NCBI GenBank assembly: GCA_013626165.1
Contig: NDHX01000007.1
Span: forward strand, 6,560 to 70,559
Source: Candidatus Velesiimonas alkalicola
Lineage (GTDB): Bacteria; Omnitrophota; Gorgyraeia; Velesiimonadales; Velesiimonadaceae
Reading direction: 5' to 3'
DNA length: 64,000 nucleotides
Made by a program: the position numbers and the translations under genes. Position 1 is the first letter of the stretch; every line of letters starts with the position of its first letter. The notes below the pieces were generated by a model that did not search any database, was not told the origin of the DNA, and saw only the letters and a program-made list of their open reading frames with translations. Shown here in pieces: positions 19,085 through 29,371 of this stretch.

Positions 19085-20440
19085 CTAACTACCTGACGAC
19101 TCGCTGAGCAGGTTTTCAACAAAGTCTGTGGCAATCCTGCCTCGCACAAATGCCTGATTTGATAATATTATCTTATGAAAAGGGATTGTTGTTTTTATAG
19201 GTGTAATGATTGTTTCATCAAGTGCTCTGTGCATTGTCTTTATAGCATTTGGCCTGTTTTTCCCGTAGACAATAATTTTTGCAAGAAGTGAATCATAATA
19301 TGAGGGAATTGTATAACCACTATATATGTGGCTATCAACCCTTGTCTGTGGTCCGCCCGGAAGATATAGTTCTTGTATCTTACCCGGACAGGGGATAAAA
19401 TCTTTTGAAGGATCTTCTGCGTTTATCCTGCATTCTATTGCAGAACCCTGAAATTTTATATCCTCCTGTCTTGTTGTCAATTTTTCACCATAAGCAATAA
19501 GTATTTGTTCCTTCACTATATCAACCCCTGTCATAAGTTCTGTCACAGGATGTTCAACCTGAAGTCTTGTATTCATCTCCATAAAATAGAAATTGCCGTT
19601 TATATCAAGTAAAAATTCTAGTGTTCCAGCATTTACATATCCAACTATTTTTGCCCCTCTTACTGCTGCTTCACCCATTCTTTTTCTCAGTTTTGGATCC
19701 ATCGCAGGAGAAGGTGATTCTTCTAACAATTTCTGATATCTTCTCTGTACTGTGCAATCTCTTTCTCCAAGATGGACAACGTGCCCATATTTATCGGCAA
19801 GTATCTGAAATTCAATATGTCTGGGCTTCTCAACATACTTTTCAATATATACCGATGGATCGCCGAAAGCGGCCTCTGCCTCTGCCTGCGCTGTCATAAA
19901 TGCACTCACTAAACGGACATCATTGTGCGCAACACGCATTCCTCTTCCGCCGCCTCCGGCAGATGCTTTTATAATTACAGGATACCGTATTCTCTGGGCA
20001 ACCTTCAGTGCCTCGTCTTTATCTTTTACAATACATGAACTTCCGGGAATTACAAGAATACCTGCCCTGCGCATTGTTTCTTTTGCAAGCATCTTGTTAC
20101 CCATCACTTTTATGTTCTCAACAGTTGGCCCTATAAACACAATCCCGCAAGAGTTGCATATTTCTGCAAAGTGTGCATTTTCCGCAAGAAAGCCATAACC
20201 GGGATGTATTGCATCCACATCTGTTATTTCTGCTGCACTTATAATAGAAGCAATATTAAGATAACTGTACTTACTTGAAGCAGGACCTATACACACTGAT
20301 TCATTCGCAAGTCTTACATGTAAAGATTCTGTATCTGCATCAGAGTATACCGCAACCGTCTTTATCCCTAATTCTTTGCAGGCTCTTATTATTCTTACAG
20401 CGACCTCACCCCTGTTTGCAATAAGAATTTTATTAAACAT
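19085..20440 (-). CDS. accC: acetyl-CoA carboxylase biotin carboxylase subunit
   Basis: 451 aa ATP-grasp; [26 protein letters not shown]..., [14 protein letters not shown]. Confidence 0.95.
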   Translation of the reverse strand: MFNKILIANRGEVAVRIIRACKELGIKTVAVYSDADTESLHVRLANESVCIGPASSKYSYLNIASIISAAEITDVDAIHPGYGFLAENAHFAEICNSCGIVFIGPTVENIKVMGNKMLAKETMRRAGILVIPGSSCIVKDKDEALKVAQRIRYPVIIKASAGGGGRGMRVAHNDVRLVSAFMTAQAEAEAAFGDPSVYIEKYVEKPRHIEFQILADKYGHVVHLGERDCTVQRRYQKLLEESPSPAMDPKLRKRMGEAAVRGAKIVGYVNAGTLEFLLDINGNFYFMEMNTRLQVEHPVTELMTGVDIVKEQILIAYGEKLTTRQEDIKFQGSAIECRINAEDPSKDFIPCPGKIQELYLPGGPQTRVDSHIYSGYTIPSYYDSLLAKIIVYGKNRPNAIKTMHRALDETIITPIKTTIPFHKIILSNQAFVRGRIATDFVENLLSESSGS

Positions 20441-20875
20441 TCAAGGTGTCTCTACAAGAAATAATGTCTGACCAAACTCTACGGGTTGAACATTTTCAAC
20501 AAGTATCTGTTTTATTTTTCCTTTCGTCTCAGATTTTATTTCATTCATAACCTTCATTGCTTCTATAACACATACAACCTGACCAACAGATATATCAGCA
20601 TTTATATCCACAAAAGGAGCGGCATCAAGAGCAGGGGCCCTATAAAATGTTCCTACCATAGGAGCCTTTATAGGTATAAGATTCTGTGGCGGTTCCTCCT
20701 TTTGTTGCGAAACCTGCTGTTCAACTGCCCTTGCAGAAATTCCAGTTGATACTAATGTTTTAGCTTCCCCGGATTTTTTAAGTCTTATCCTTTCACCTTC
20801 TGATTCTATTTCCAATTCAATAAGGCTATTTTGATTCATAAGTTCAATAAGTTTCTGTAGTTTTTCCTGTTCCAT
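20441..20875 (-). CDS. accB: acetyl-CoA carboxylase biotin carboxyl carrier protein
   Basis: C-terminal biotinyl domain with EAMKVMNEI (biotin-attachment lysine motif). Confidence 0.9.
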   Translation of the reverse strand: MEQEKLQKLIELMNQNSLIELEIESEGERIRLKKSGEAKTLVSTGISARAVEQQVSQQKEEPPQNLIPIKAPMVGTFYRAPALDAAPFVDINADISVGQVVCVIEAMKVMNEIKSETKGKIKQILVENVQPVEFGQTLFLVETP

Positions 20876-20904
20876 TTTTTCCCCCGGTTGCAGTGACAGG
20901 CAAC

Positions 20905-20975
20905 TGGTGCTCTGGTGCTCTGGTGCCTGGTGCTCTGGTGCTCTGGTGCCCTGGTGCCCTGTCGCCAGTCACCTT
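20905..20975. repeat. GGTGACTGG-headed 8-mer (GGTGCTCT/CACCAGAG) tandem array upstream of accB
   Basis: Direct reading of ctggtgctctggtgctctggtgcctggtgctctggtgctctggtgccctggtgccctgtcgccagtcacc. Confidence 0.9.
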
Positions 20976-20978
20976 GTT

Positions 20979-22208
20979 TTATCCACCACCTAATGCACCC
21001 ATTAACTGAACAAGTGGCATAAACATTGCAACAACTATAAATCCAACCACGCCACCCATACCTAAAATTAGAATTGGTTCAAGAAGAGATGTAAGCCCGG
21101 CAACAGTAGTATCAACATCATCTTCGTAACTGTCGGCAATTTTTCCGAGCATCTGATCAAGGGCACCTGTTTCTTCTCCGACCTCTATCATACTTACAAC
21201 AAGTAACGGAAAAATTTTCACCTTTGCCAGTGGCCTGGCAATGGTCTCGCCTTCACGGATATTGTCATGAACAACCCCAAGCCCTTTACTTACAACCTCA
21301 TTTGCAACCGTGTTTCGGACAATCTGAAGTGCCTGAAGTATTGGAACACCGCTTGTAATAAGTGTCGCCAATGTTCTTGCAAAACGAGCAATCACTATCT
21401 TTTGCAAAAGAACACCTATTATCGGAATGTGTAGTTTTAACATATCAATGTAATAATTGATAACAGGGATTTTTACCAAAACCTTAAGCAATATAACCAT
21501 CCCCACAATTCCGCATATGGCAAAATACCATCTCTCTCTTGCAAAATTACTTATGCTCATTAAAAACAGAGTAATCCCGGGCATCTGAACATCCATCTCT
21601 GTAAATATTGTCATAAATTGCGGAACAATAAAAGTTACAAGAAACCCAACAACAATAGTAGCCACACATATAACTGCTGCCGGATATATAAGTGCGGACT
21701 TAACCTTTGCAATAAGTTTCCCTGCCTTTTCTGCAAATTCAGCAAGTCTTTCTAATACAACCTCAAGAGAACCGCTAGCTTCGCCTGCTTTTACCATACT
21801 TACATACAGCCTAGGAAATACCTTTGGATAAAAGGTAAGAGCCTCAGAGAATGTACTTCCTGTTTCAACTTTTTCTACAAGTCCTGAAAGAACATTTTTT
21901 AATCCGCCCGGATTGCACTGGTCCCTTAAAACATTTAAACTTCTAACCAAGGGAAGCCCTGCATCAAGAAGTGTGGCCATCTGTCTTGTAAAAAGTGTAA
22001 CCTCCTTGGATTTAACACCTGCTCCAATCGTAATGTTTGCAAGTCCCTTGCCCCCGGCCCACCATTTTGTCTTTACCTTATTTATAGTTGTTGTATAAAG
22101 TCCTTTGTCTCTTAATTTATTTATAGCCTGTGCAACATTATCCGCATCAATTGTCCCTTGTGCAGCCTTCCCAGCTCTGTCTGCTGATTTATATGTAAAT
22201 GTAGGCAT
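20979..22208 (-). CDS. pilC: type IV pilus / T2SS inner-membrane platform protein PilC (GspF family)
   Basis: 409 aa, two GspF repeats, three transmembrane segments, N-terminal MPTFTYKSADRAGK...G.IDA pattern. Confidence 0.9.
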   Translation of the reverse strand: MPTFTYKSADRAGKAAQGTIDADNVAQAINKLRDKGLYTTTINKVKTKWWAGGKGLANITIGAGVKSKEVTLFTRQMATLLDAGLPLVRSLNVLRDQCNPGGLKNVLSGLVEKVETGSTFSEALTFYPKVFPRLYVSMVKAGEASGSLEVVLERLAEFAEKAGKLIAKVKSALIYPAAVICVATIVVGFLVTFIVPQFMTIFTEMDVQMPGITLFLMSISNFARERWYFAICGIVGMVILLKVLVKIPVINYYIDMLKLHIPIIGVLLQKIVIARFARTLATLITSGVPILQALQIVRNTVANEVVSKGLGVVHDNIREGETIARPLAKVKIFPLLVVSMIEVGEETGALDQMLGKIADSYEDDVDTTVAGLTSLLEPILILGMGGVVGFIVVAMFMPLVQLMGALGGG

Positions 22209-22225
22209 ACCTACCCCCTTGTTTC

Positions 22226-22285
22226 AGGCAACTGGCAACAGAGCACCAGGCACCAGAGCACCAGAGCACCAGTTGCCTATCACCA
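22226..22285. repeat. 8-mer CACCAGAG tandem array upstream of pilC
   Basis: caggcaactggcaacagagcaccaggcaccagagcaccagagcaccagttgcc. Confidence 0.9.
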
Positions 22286-22294
22286 ATTATTTAA

Positions 22295-24013
22295 TCATCC
22301 TGCTAGTTGTGTTTCTCTTATAATCTCTTCTACTGTTGTTGTCCCATCAAATATTTTCATAAGGCCATCCTCTCTGAGGGTGCGCATACCAAACGCTTGC
22401 GCAGCCTTTCGCAATTCAGATGTTGAAACCCTTTGTAGAATAAGTTCACGGATTGTATCATTTACAATAAAAAGTTCGCATATTGCAGTTCTTCCAAGAT
22501 AGCCGGTATTATTGCATCTTTCACATCCTGTGCCATAGTATAGTTTTTTCCCCTCTATATTTTTTCTTGTAAGTCCAAGTTCTTTTAATACATAATCATC
22601 AGCCGTATATTCTGTCCTGCAATGTTGACATATTTTACGCACTAATCTCTGAGCAAATATTGCTTCAATAGAAGATGTAATAAGGAAAGGCTCCACTTCC
22701 ATATCCATAAGACGGGTTATTGTACCCGGCGCATCGTTCGTATGAAGTGTTGAAAATACAAGATGTCCTGTAAGTGAGGCCTGTATAGCAATCTGTGCAG
22801 TTTCGGTATCACGAATTTCTCCTACCATTATAATATCAGGGTCCTGCCTTAAAAATGACCTTAAACAGGAAGCAAATGTAAGTTTTATTTTTGGTTTTAT
22901 CTGAACCTGTATAATACCGGGCATATCGTACTCAACAGGGTCCTCCGTTGTCAATATCTTTACCTCAACAGAGTTGACCTCTCTTAAACACGAATAAAGT
23001 GTTGTAGTTTTTCCACAGCCTGTTGGGCCTGTAGCAATTACAATCCCGTTTGGCTTGGCTATTATCTGTCTTAGTTTTAAGAGAACATCTGCCGGGAACC
23101 CAATCTGATTAAGATCAAGACTTACAACTGTCTTATCAAGGACTCTTAAAACCACACTTTCACCAAATACTGTCGGAAGCGTAGAAACACGAAAGTCTAT
23201 ATTTTTTTGCCCTATTCGCAGGGGCATATGACCATCCTGAGGAAGTCTTCTTTCTGCAATGTCCATATCTGCCATAACCTTTATACGGCATGTTACGGGG
23301 ATTGCAAGACGCTTGGGAGGGGGAACCATATCATAAAGAACACCATCTATACGATACCTTATCCTGAATTCGTCCTCAAAGGGCTCAAAATGTATGTCAC
23401 TTGCATGGTCTTTAACAGATTGTGATAATATCAGAGCTACAAGTTTAACAACCGGTGCCTGTGCAGCCATTTCCCGAAGGCTTGCGATATCCAGTTCTTC
23501 TTCTGCGGCGGCGGTTACTTCAGGAATTTCCTGTTCCATTGTAGCAATAAGATCGCTCATTGATTCTACCTCTGTCCCATAATATTTTTGTAAAGCTCTT
23601 ATGATAGAATCTTCCTTAGCAACCACACTTTTAACCTTACAATCCAACATAAATTGAAGGTCATCCATAATATTTATGTTCAATGGATCTGCTATTGCAA
23701 TGGCGAGGGTATTGTTTTCAAATCTTACCGGAATAATGTTATATATCTTTGCAACAGATGCCGAAATCTTATCTATAACATTTCTCTGAATTTCTAAATT
23801 ATCAAGGTCTACTGTTTCAATGCCCGCTTGAAACCCAAGGGCCTGAAGCACATCTTCTTCAGAAACAAATCCCAACTCAATAAGAACTCTTCCAAGAAAC
23901 TTTCCGGATGTTCTTTGTTCTTCAAGCGCCTGTTCCAGCTGTTTCTCTGTTACAAGTCCCGCCTCTTTTAGCATTCTCCCCAGCGGTCTATATATTCTTC
24001 TTTCTTCAACCAT
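22295..24013 (-). CDS. pilB: type IV pilus assembly ATPase PilB (GspE family)
   Basis: N-terminal T2SSE_N domain, Walker A GPTGCGKTT, Asp box, His box, tetracysteine CQHC...CERC. Confidence 0.9.
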   Translation of the reverse strand: MVEERRIYRPLGRMLKEAGLVTEKQLEQALEEQRTSGKFLGRVLIELGFVSEEDVLQALGFQAGIETVDLDNLEIQRNVIDKISASVAKIYNIIPVRFENNTLAIAIADPLNINIMDDLQFMLDCKVKSVVAKEDSIIRALQKYYGTEVESMSDLIATMEQEIPEVTAAAEEELDIASLREMAAQAPVVKLVALILSQSVKDHASDIHFEPFEDEFRIRYRIDGVLYDMVPPPKRLAIPVTCRIKVMADMDIAERRLPQDGHMPLRIGQKNIDFRVSTLPTVFGESVVLRVLDKTVVSLDLNQIGFPADVLLKLRQIIAKPNGIVIATGPTGCGKTTTLYSCLREVNSVEVKILTTEDPVEYDMPGIIQVQIKPKIKLTFASCLRSFLRQDPDIIMVGEIRDTETAQIAIQASLTGHLVFSTLHTNDAPGTITRLMDMEVEPFLITSSIEAIFAQRLVRKICQHCRTEYTADDYVLKELGLTRKNIEGKKLYYGTGCERCNNTGYLGRTAICELFIVNDTIRELILQRVSTSELRKAAQAFGMRTLREDGLMKIFDGTTTVEEIIRETQLAG

Positions 24014-24120
24014 ATATCACCTAGCACCTATCACCAGGACACCTGTATTTCGTATCCCGTCTTTACAAACGACAGCTTTTACCTGTTATCTGTTGCCAGT
24101 TACCAGTCACCTTAACTTTA

Positions 24121-24191
<71 letters not shown>

Positions 24192-24200
<9 letters not shown>

Positions 24201-25271
24201 TTTTTTCTGCGATATTTCCTTTATCTTTGCCTGCATCTGCTCAGTGTCAAAACACTTTGTTATTGTCTCACCATATGAAATAATACCTCTTCCATATAAA
24301 TCAAAAAGATGTGCATCAAAGGTCTGCATGCCATATTTTGCGCCAGTCTGTATATCACTTGTAATTCTATATGTTTTTTTATCCCTTATCAAGGCCTGTA
24401 TTGAAGATGTGGTTATCATAATCTCAAAGGCTGCAACCCTTCCTTTGCCATCTGCTTTGGGAAGTAACTGTTGACATAATATCGCAAGAATACTGGTTGA
24501 AAGTTGTGTTCTTATCTGGTCCTGCTGGTGTGTAGGAAATACATCTATAATACGGTCAACTGTCTGTGCCGCACTTACAGTATGAAGTGTTGCCATAACA
24601 AGGTGACCTGTCTCTGCTGCCATAACAGCCGCTTCAATTGTGGCAAGATCCCTCATTTCACCAACAAGTACTACATCAGGATCCATACGAAGCGCCCTTA
24701 CAAGTCCCTCTTTGAAAGACGGAACATCTACCCCGAGTTCTCTCTGGGTAACAAGACCTTTTTTATGCGTATGGTAATATTCTATCGGATCTTCAATTGT
24801 AATGATATGACAGTCCCGTTCAACATTTATATAATCAAGCATCGTTGCAAGGGTTGTTGTTTTTCCACTTCCCGTAGGACCTGTTACAAGTATAAGTCCC
24901 CTCGGTTTATGTAGTATGTCTTTTATACCTGGTGGAATTCCAATCTGCTCAAAGGTAAGAAGTTTTTTAGGAATCATACGAAGTGCAACCCCAATTGTTC
25001 CTTTTTGTTTATGTATTGAAACACGAAATCTTGCAACATCCCCGAATGCAAAACCAAAGTCCATTCCTCCCTGTTCATGAAGTTTCTGCTGATGCTCCGG
25101 ACTTGTTATAGATTTCATCAATTCTTCTGTATCATCAGGTGTAAGCGACGCGCCAGAGACTCTATGTAATATACCATGTAGACGAAGTGTAGGCGGACTG
25201 TCCACAATCAGATGTATATCTGATGCACCCATATCCACACACATCTGAAGAATTTCACTTATATCTGGCAT
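24192..25271 (-). CDS. pilT: type IV pilus retraction ATPase PilT
   Basis: Start moved to MPDISE (AGGAGG Shine-Dalgarno); Walker A GPTGSGKTT, PilT-type AIRNLIRE-like region; listed N-terminal extension is translated repeat. Confidence 0.9.
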
Positions 25272-25281
25272 AGACCTCCTT

Positions 25282-25362
25282 AGAGCACCAGAGCACCAGA
25301 GCACCAGAGCACCAGAGCACCAGTCGCCAGTCACCTGTCTTTACTACCTACTACCTACTACC
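25282..25362. repeat. 8-mer CACCAGAG array plus adjacent 7-mer CTACCTA array upstream of pilT
   Basis: tagagcaccagagcaccagagcaccagagcaccagtcgccagtcacc ... tactacctactacctactacctactat. Confidence 0.9.
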
Positions 25363-25370
25363 TACTATTT

Positions 25371-27068
25371 TTACGCTATATCCTGCTGTGTTATACGCAA
25401 AACTTCTGGCAGGGTTGTTATCCCTACAAGCACCTTTCTAAAACCATCTTCCCTGAGTGTTTTCATTCCTGCTTCTCTTGCCTTCATTTTTATAACATTG
25501 CTCGGAGATCTTTCAAATATCAGTTCTCTTATCTTATCATTCATTATCAGAAGTTCATATATACCTTTTCTTCCCCTGAAACCTGTTTGTGAACACTCAT
25601 TACATCCCCTGTCCTTATAAATTATCCTGCCTTCTAAATCAGACCTTTTCCAGCCTGCGGCTGCAAGTTCCTGGTCTGTTGGTTCATAAGGTTCTTTACA
25701 TTTTTCACATATGGTCCGGATAAGCCTTTGTGCAAGGACCGCCTGAACAGCAGAAGCAACAAGATACGGTTTTATACCCATATCAATTAAACGGGTTATG
25801 GCACTTGGCGCATCGTTTGTATGAAGTGTTGAAAATACAAGATGCCCCGTAAGTGCAGCCTGTATCCCAACACCAGCGGTCTCATAATCACGCATCTCTC
25901 CTACCATAATGACATCAGGCGCCTGACGCAACATAGCACGAAGTCCACTTGCAAATGTAAGCCCTATCTGTGGTTTTACATGAACCTGATTAATGCCTGT
26001 TATCTGGTATTCAACAGGGTCTTCTACTGTTATAAGTTTTCTGTTGGGCTTATTTATACTTGAAAGTGCGGCATAAAGAGTGGTTGTTTTCCCACTTCCC
26101 GTAGGACCTGTTACAAGAAGTATACCATTGGGTGATTCTATAATTTTTACAAACTTTTCAAGGTCTTCTTCCATAAAACCAAGTTCAGGAAGACTTTTCA
26201 TCATTCCGGTTTTGTCAAGTATTCTCATAACAATACTTTCGCCATGGATACCGGGTATATCAGACACACGAAGATCAAGCTGCCTTCCGGCAAATACAAT
26301 CATAATACGTCCGTCCTGTGGAAGCCTTCTTTCTGCAATATCCATACCTGCCATAAGCTTAATCCTTTGCAAAACAGAAGCCTGAAGCCTTCTGGGAGGT
26401 GCCGGAATCTCCTGTAACACACCATCTATCCTGAAACGGATACGCAACCTGTTTGAAAGAGGTTCTATATGAATATCAGAAGCTCTTGTCCTGAATGCTT
26501 CATGTATAAGAAGTGAAACAAGTTTAATAACAGGAGCTTCTTCTTCTTCAACAGAAACTGTTTTTTCCTCTTCTTTTATTAATGCGAGTTCCTGTTCGGT
26601 TAACCCCTGTATCATTGTATCAACTGTCTCTGATACCATTGGATAGTATACCCCAAGACATGTTTTCATATCATCTTCTGTTGACCGAACAACCTCTACA
26701 TTACATTTTAAAAGCATCCTCAGTTCATCTATCATTACAAGATTATCAGGATCAAATGTAGCAACTGTAAGAGTATTATTTTCAAACTGGACCGGTATAA
26801 TGCGATAGCGATGGGCAACCTGAGGTGTAATTATGCTTATAACATCAGCAGGTATTTTTAAATCAAGAAGAGAAATTGTCTGTGCCCCAAAATGTGCCGA
26901 TATTACTTTCAGAACTTCTTTTCTTGAAAGAAAACCCAGTTCAACAAGCACTTCTTCTATGGGACTGTCTTTTTCAGAATGTCCAAGCAACACCTTTTCT
27001 GATTGCTTTTTTGTTAATAACCCTAACTTGCGCAAAACATCACATAGTTCTTGCGCAGGCACAGTCAT
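25371..27068 (-). CDS. second GspE/PilB-family secretion ATPase paralog
   Basis: Start set at MTVPAQ (GGAGGGG Shine-Dalgarno); T2SSE_N domain, Walker A GPTGSGKTT, tetracysteine CEKC...CNEC. Confidence 0.85.
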   Translation of the reverse strand: MTVPAQELCDVLRKLGLLTKKQSEKVLLGHSEKDSPIEEVLVELGFLSRKEVLKVISAHFGAQTISLLDLKIPADVISIITPQVAHRYRIIPVQFENNTLTVATFDPDNLVMIDELRMLLKCNVEVVRSTEDDMKTCLGVYYPMVSETVDTMIQGLTEQELALIKEEEKTVSVEEEEAPVIKLVSLLIHEAFRTRASDIHIEPLSNRLRIRFRIDGVLQEIPAPPRRLQASVLQRIKLMAGMDIAERRLPQDGRIMIVFAGRQLDLRVSDIPGIHGESIVMRILDKTGMMKSLPELGFMEEDLEKFVKIIESPNGILLVTGPTGSGKTTTLYAALSSINKPNRKLITVEDPVEYQITGINQVHVKPQIGLTFASGLRAMLRQAPDVIMVGEMRDYETAGVGIQAALTGHLVFSTLHTNDAPSAITRLIDMGIKPYLVASAVQAVLAQRLIRTICEKCKEPYEPTDQELAAAGWKRSDLEGRIIYKDRGCNECSQTGFRGRKGIYELLIMNDKIRELIFERSPSNVIKMKAREAGMKTLREDGFRKVLVGITTLPEVLRITQQDIA

Positions 27069-27092
27069 TTTCCCCTCCATTAAAAGGCTATA

Positions 27093-27162
27093 TGGGGTCA
27101 ACTCTATTTTCTTTTTTTAATAATACTACATTGGTTTTTTAGAGAAAATAGAGTTGACCCCA
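27093..27162. repeat. 70-bp perfect-palindrome element (copy 1 of 2)
   Basis: tggggtcaactctattttc ... 32-nt loop ... gaaaatagagttgacccca; near-identical copy at 53249-53318. Confidence 0.85.
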
Positions 27163-27180
27163 CTAAATGCCTGAATAAAC

Positions 27181-27543
27181 TTATCTTTTAAAAATAACCC
27201 AAAATCCCAACATAATAATTATTATTGAAACAATATAAAAATCATAATATCTTATAAAATCCATCATTTTGTTTTTTACCGAATATTTTAAAGATGACAG
27301 CACCTCTTCAATAGTTTCTTCACCTGTGAACATAACAGAATTTTTCATTTTTTTTGTGTTATAAATAATGGATTGTATTTTAAGTTTGTCAAAAATGTAA
27401 TCACCTTTTGCTACCTTGCGGGGTAAAAGTTTTTTACAGACCAGATCCCGAATAGTTTTTTCATCTGTATTAAAAATTTCTGCAACCTGATTTATATTAA
27501 AATATGAGTGTCTCATGCTTTCCCACTTTAAATAAGGTTTCAA
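27181..27543 (-). CDS. hypothetical protein, N-terminal excisionase/MerR-like HTH, C-terminal transmembrane helix
   Basis: INQVAEIFNTDEKTIRDLVCKKLLP resembles HTH_17-type DNA-binding helices; hydrophobic C-terminus. Confidence 0.35.
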   Translation of the reverse strand: MKPYLKWESMRHSYFNINQVAEIFNTDEKTIRDLVCKKLLPRKVAKGDYIFDKLKIQSIIYNTKKMKNSVMFTGEETIEEVLSSLKYSVKNKMMDFIRYYDFYIVSIIIIMLGFWVIFKR

Positions 27544-28481
27544 GGTGTTGTAGAGTATTCTGTCATTTGTTCTAGTGCCTTAACCGTCATCCATAAAAAT
27601 TTATTTACAGGTGTAGGTAGATTAAATGGTACTGCATTTTGGACAACTGCACCGTTTATTGCATCAATCTCTGTTTTTCTTTTTGCTAAAATATCCTGCA
27701 GCATTGAAGATCTGTTCTGTGATGTAAGTTTTGCTGTGTCTTGTGTTTTTTCTGTCATATCAGGATATAAAAATTTTATACCAATTTTATCTCCAACACA
27801 AACTGTTTCTTGGACAGCAGTATCCATAATATCTGATGAATACTCTGACTCAAGAAGTTTTCCATTCGAAACTTTCAAGATAGCTGTTAATGCATTGATG
27901 CCTGTATTTATCGCAAGCTTTGTCCACAGTGTATCAGAAACCCTGCCTGTAATTTTGGCATCAAAACCAGCAGATTTTATAACATTAAGTATTTTTTTAA
28001 TTCTCTCGCCGGCTGCACTGCCTGTTTGTTTATAAAAATATCCGAAAATAGTTTCGCCTTTGCCTGCATACCTTATACAACCGTTTTTAAGAAAAGTAGA
28101 CCCCTCTGATGTTGTTCCTGCAAGCAGACTTTCTTTTTTGATAAATCTGCTCATACTTTCAGCATTGCCAATGCCATTCTGAAGTGTAAGAACAAATGCA
28201 GAGTCCAAACACGGCAACCAATATCTTATAGCCTGTTCTGTGCTGTATGATTTTACAGCAAGAATGACAAGTTCAAGGTCTTTTATCTTTGAGGGGTCAG
28301 ATGTTGAATGGACCTTCACCTGTTTTAAGCCCCCGATACCTTCAATATTTATATATTCTGAGGACAAAGCTTTCGCCCTTTCCTTCCTGTGGTCAAGCAG
28401 CCAGACATCCTGTCCTGCTCTTGAAAGAAATCCGGCAAAAAGGCAACCTATCGCACCCGGTCCAATTATTCCTATCTTCAT
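27540..28481 (-). CDS. panE: 2-dehydropantoate 2-reductase (ketopantoate reductase ApbA/PanE family)
   Basis: MKIGIIGPGAIGCLFAG Rossmann motif, ApbA_N + ApbA_C layout. Confidence 0.75.
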   Translation of the reverse strand: MKIGIIGPGAIGCLFAGFLSRAGQDVWLLDHRKERAKALSSEYINIEGIGGLKQVKVHSTSDPSKIKDLELVILAVKSYSTEQAIRYWLPCLDSAFVLTLQNGIGNAESMSRFIKKESLLAGTTSEGSTFLKNGCIRYAGKGETIFGYFYKQTGSAAGERIKKILNVIKSAGFDAKITGRVSDTLWTKLAINTGINALTAILKVSNGKLLESEYSSDIMDTAVQETVCVGDKIGIKFLYPDMTEKTQDTAKLTSQNRSSMLQDILAKRKTEIDAINGAVVQNAVPFNLPTPVNKFLWMTVKALEQMTEYSTTP

Positions 28482-29371
28482 AACTTAGGTATTATTTTTA
28501 AGAAAAACGCCTCTAATGTCTCTCTCGGTTGTGTAACAAGAAATTGAAGGTCGGGGTTCTGAGATAAAACTAATTCTTTTATTTTATCCAAAGTTTGAGA
28601 AGATAATAAACCCGTTTGAATCTGTATTTTTGAAGAGTCTTTAAGAAGTTCCTGTATAGAACCTGTGGCACAAACCGACCCATTAAAAAGAATGGCAATC
28701 CTGTCACACACATCCTCTACATCTGCAAGAAGATGACTTGAAAGGAAAACTGTCTTTCCTCTGGAACGAAACTCTTTTATCAAATCTTTTATCTGATGGG
28801 TTCCCAGAGGGTCCATACCGGCGGTTGGTTCATCAAGTATAACAAGTTCCGGGTCATTTATAAGTGCCTGTGCCAAACACAGTCTTCTTGCCATACCTTT
28901 TGAATACTCGCCCAACGGTCTTTTTTTCGCTGCCCTCAGTCCCACAAGGTCTATAAGATATTCTATTCTTTTTTTTCGTTCATATGATGGGATGCCAAAA
29001 AGTTTCCCATAAAAATCAAGTGTTTCTTCTGTGTTTAAATATTTGTAAAGATATGATTCTTCGGGTTGATATCCTATCCGGTGCCTTATTCTTATATCCC
29101 TGGGATGATATCCCAAGATGGAAATTCTTCCCCCGGTCGGAAACAGAAGCCCCTGTATGCAGTGTATAATTGTTGTCTTACCTGAACCGTTTGGACCAAG
29201 AAGTCCAAAAACTTCTCCTTTTTGGACATTAAATGAAACATCCCGGACAGCGGCAACCCTTTCTCTGCGCCAGAAGTCTTTGAAGGTCTTTGTTAATCCG
29301 ATAACATCAATAACTGTGCCATTCTGTTGGACTTGTCTACTGACAGGAAGATCTGTTTTTTCGGTTGTCAA
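28478..29371 (-). CDS. ABC transporter ATP-binding protein
   Basis: Walker A GPNGSGKTT, signature YSKGMARRL, Walker B ILDEPTAG; 4-nt overlap with upstream P-type ATPase. Confidence 0.85.
   Translation of the reverse strand: MTTEKTDLPVSRQVQQNGTVIDVIGLTKTFKDFWRRERVAAVRDVSFNVQKGEVFGLLGPNGSGKTTIIHCIQGLLFPTGGRISILGYHPRDIRIRHRIGYQPEESYLYKYLNTEETLDFYGKLFGIPSYERKKRIEYLIDLVGLRAAKKRPLGEYSKGMARRLCLAQALINDPELVILDEPTAGMDPLGTHQIKDLIKEFRSRGKTVFLSSHLLADVEDVCDRIAILFNGSVCATGSIQELLKDSSKIQIQTGLLSSQTLDKIKELVLSQNPDLQFLVTQPRETLEAFFLKIIPKL

Noticed and set aside
25272-25334. N-terminal extensions of pilT, rpsR, ssb, prs, the sugar isomerase and nagB as called in the ORF track
   Set aside because: The extensions consist of translated 8-mer repeats. 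Each gene has an internal ATG preceded by a good Shine-Dalgarno that matches the canonical family N-terminus. I moved the starts to those ATGs.
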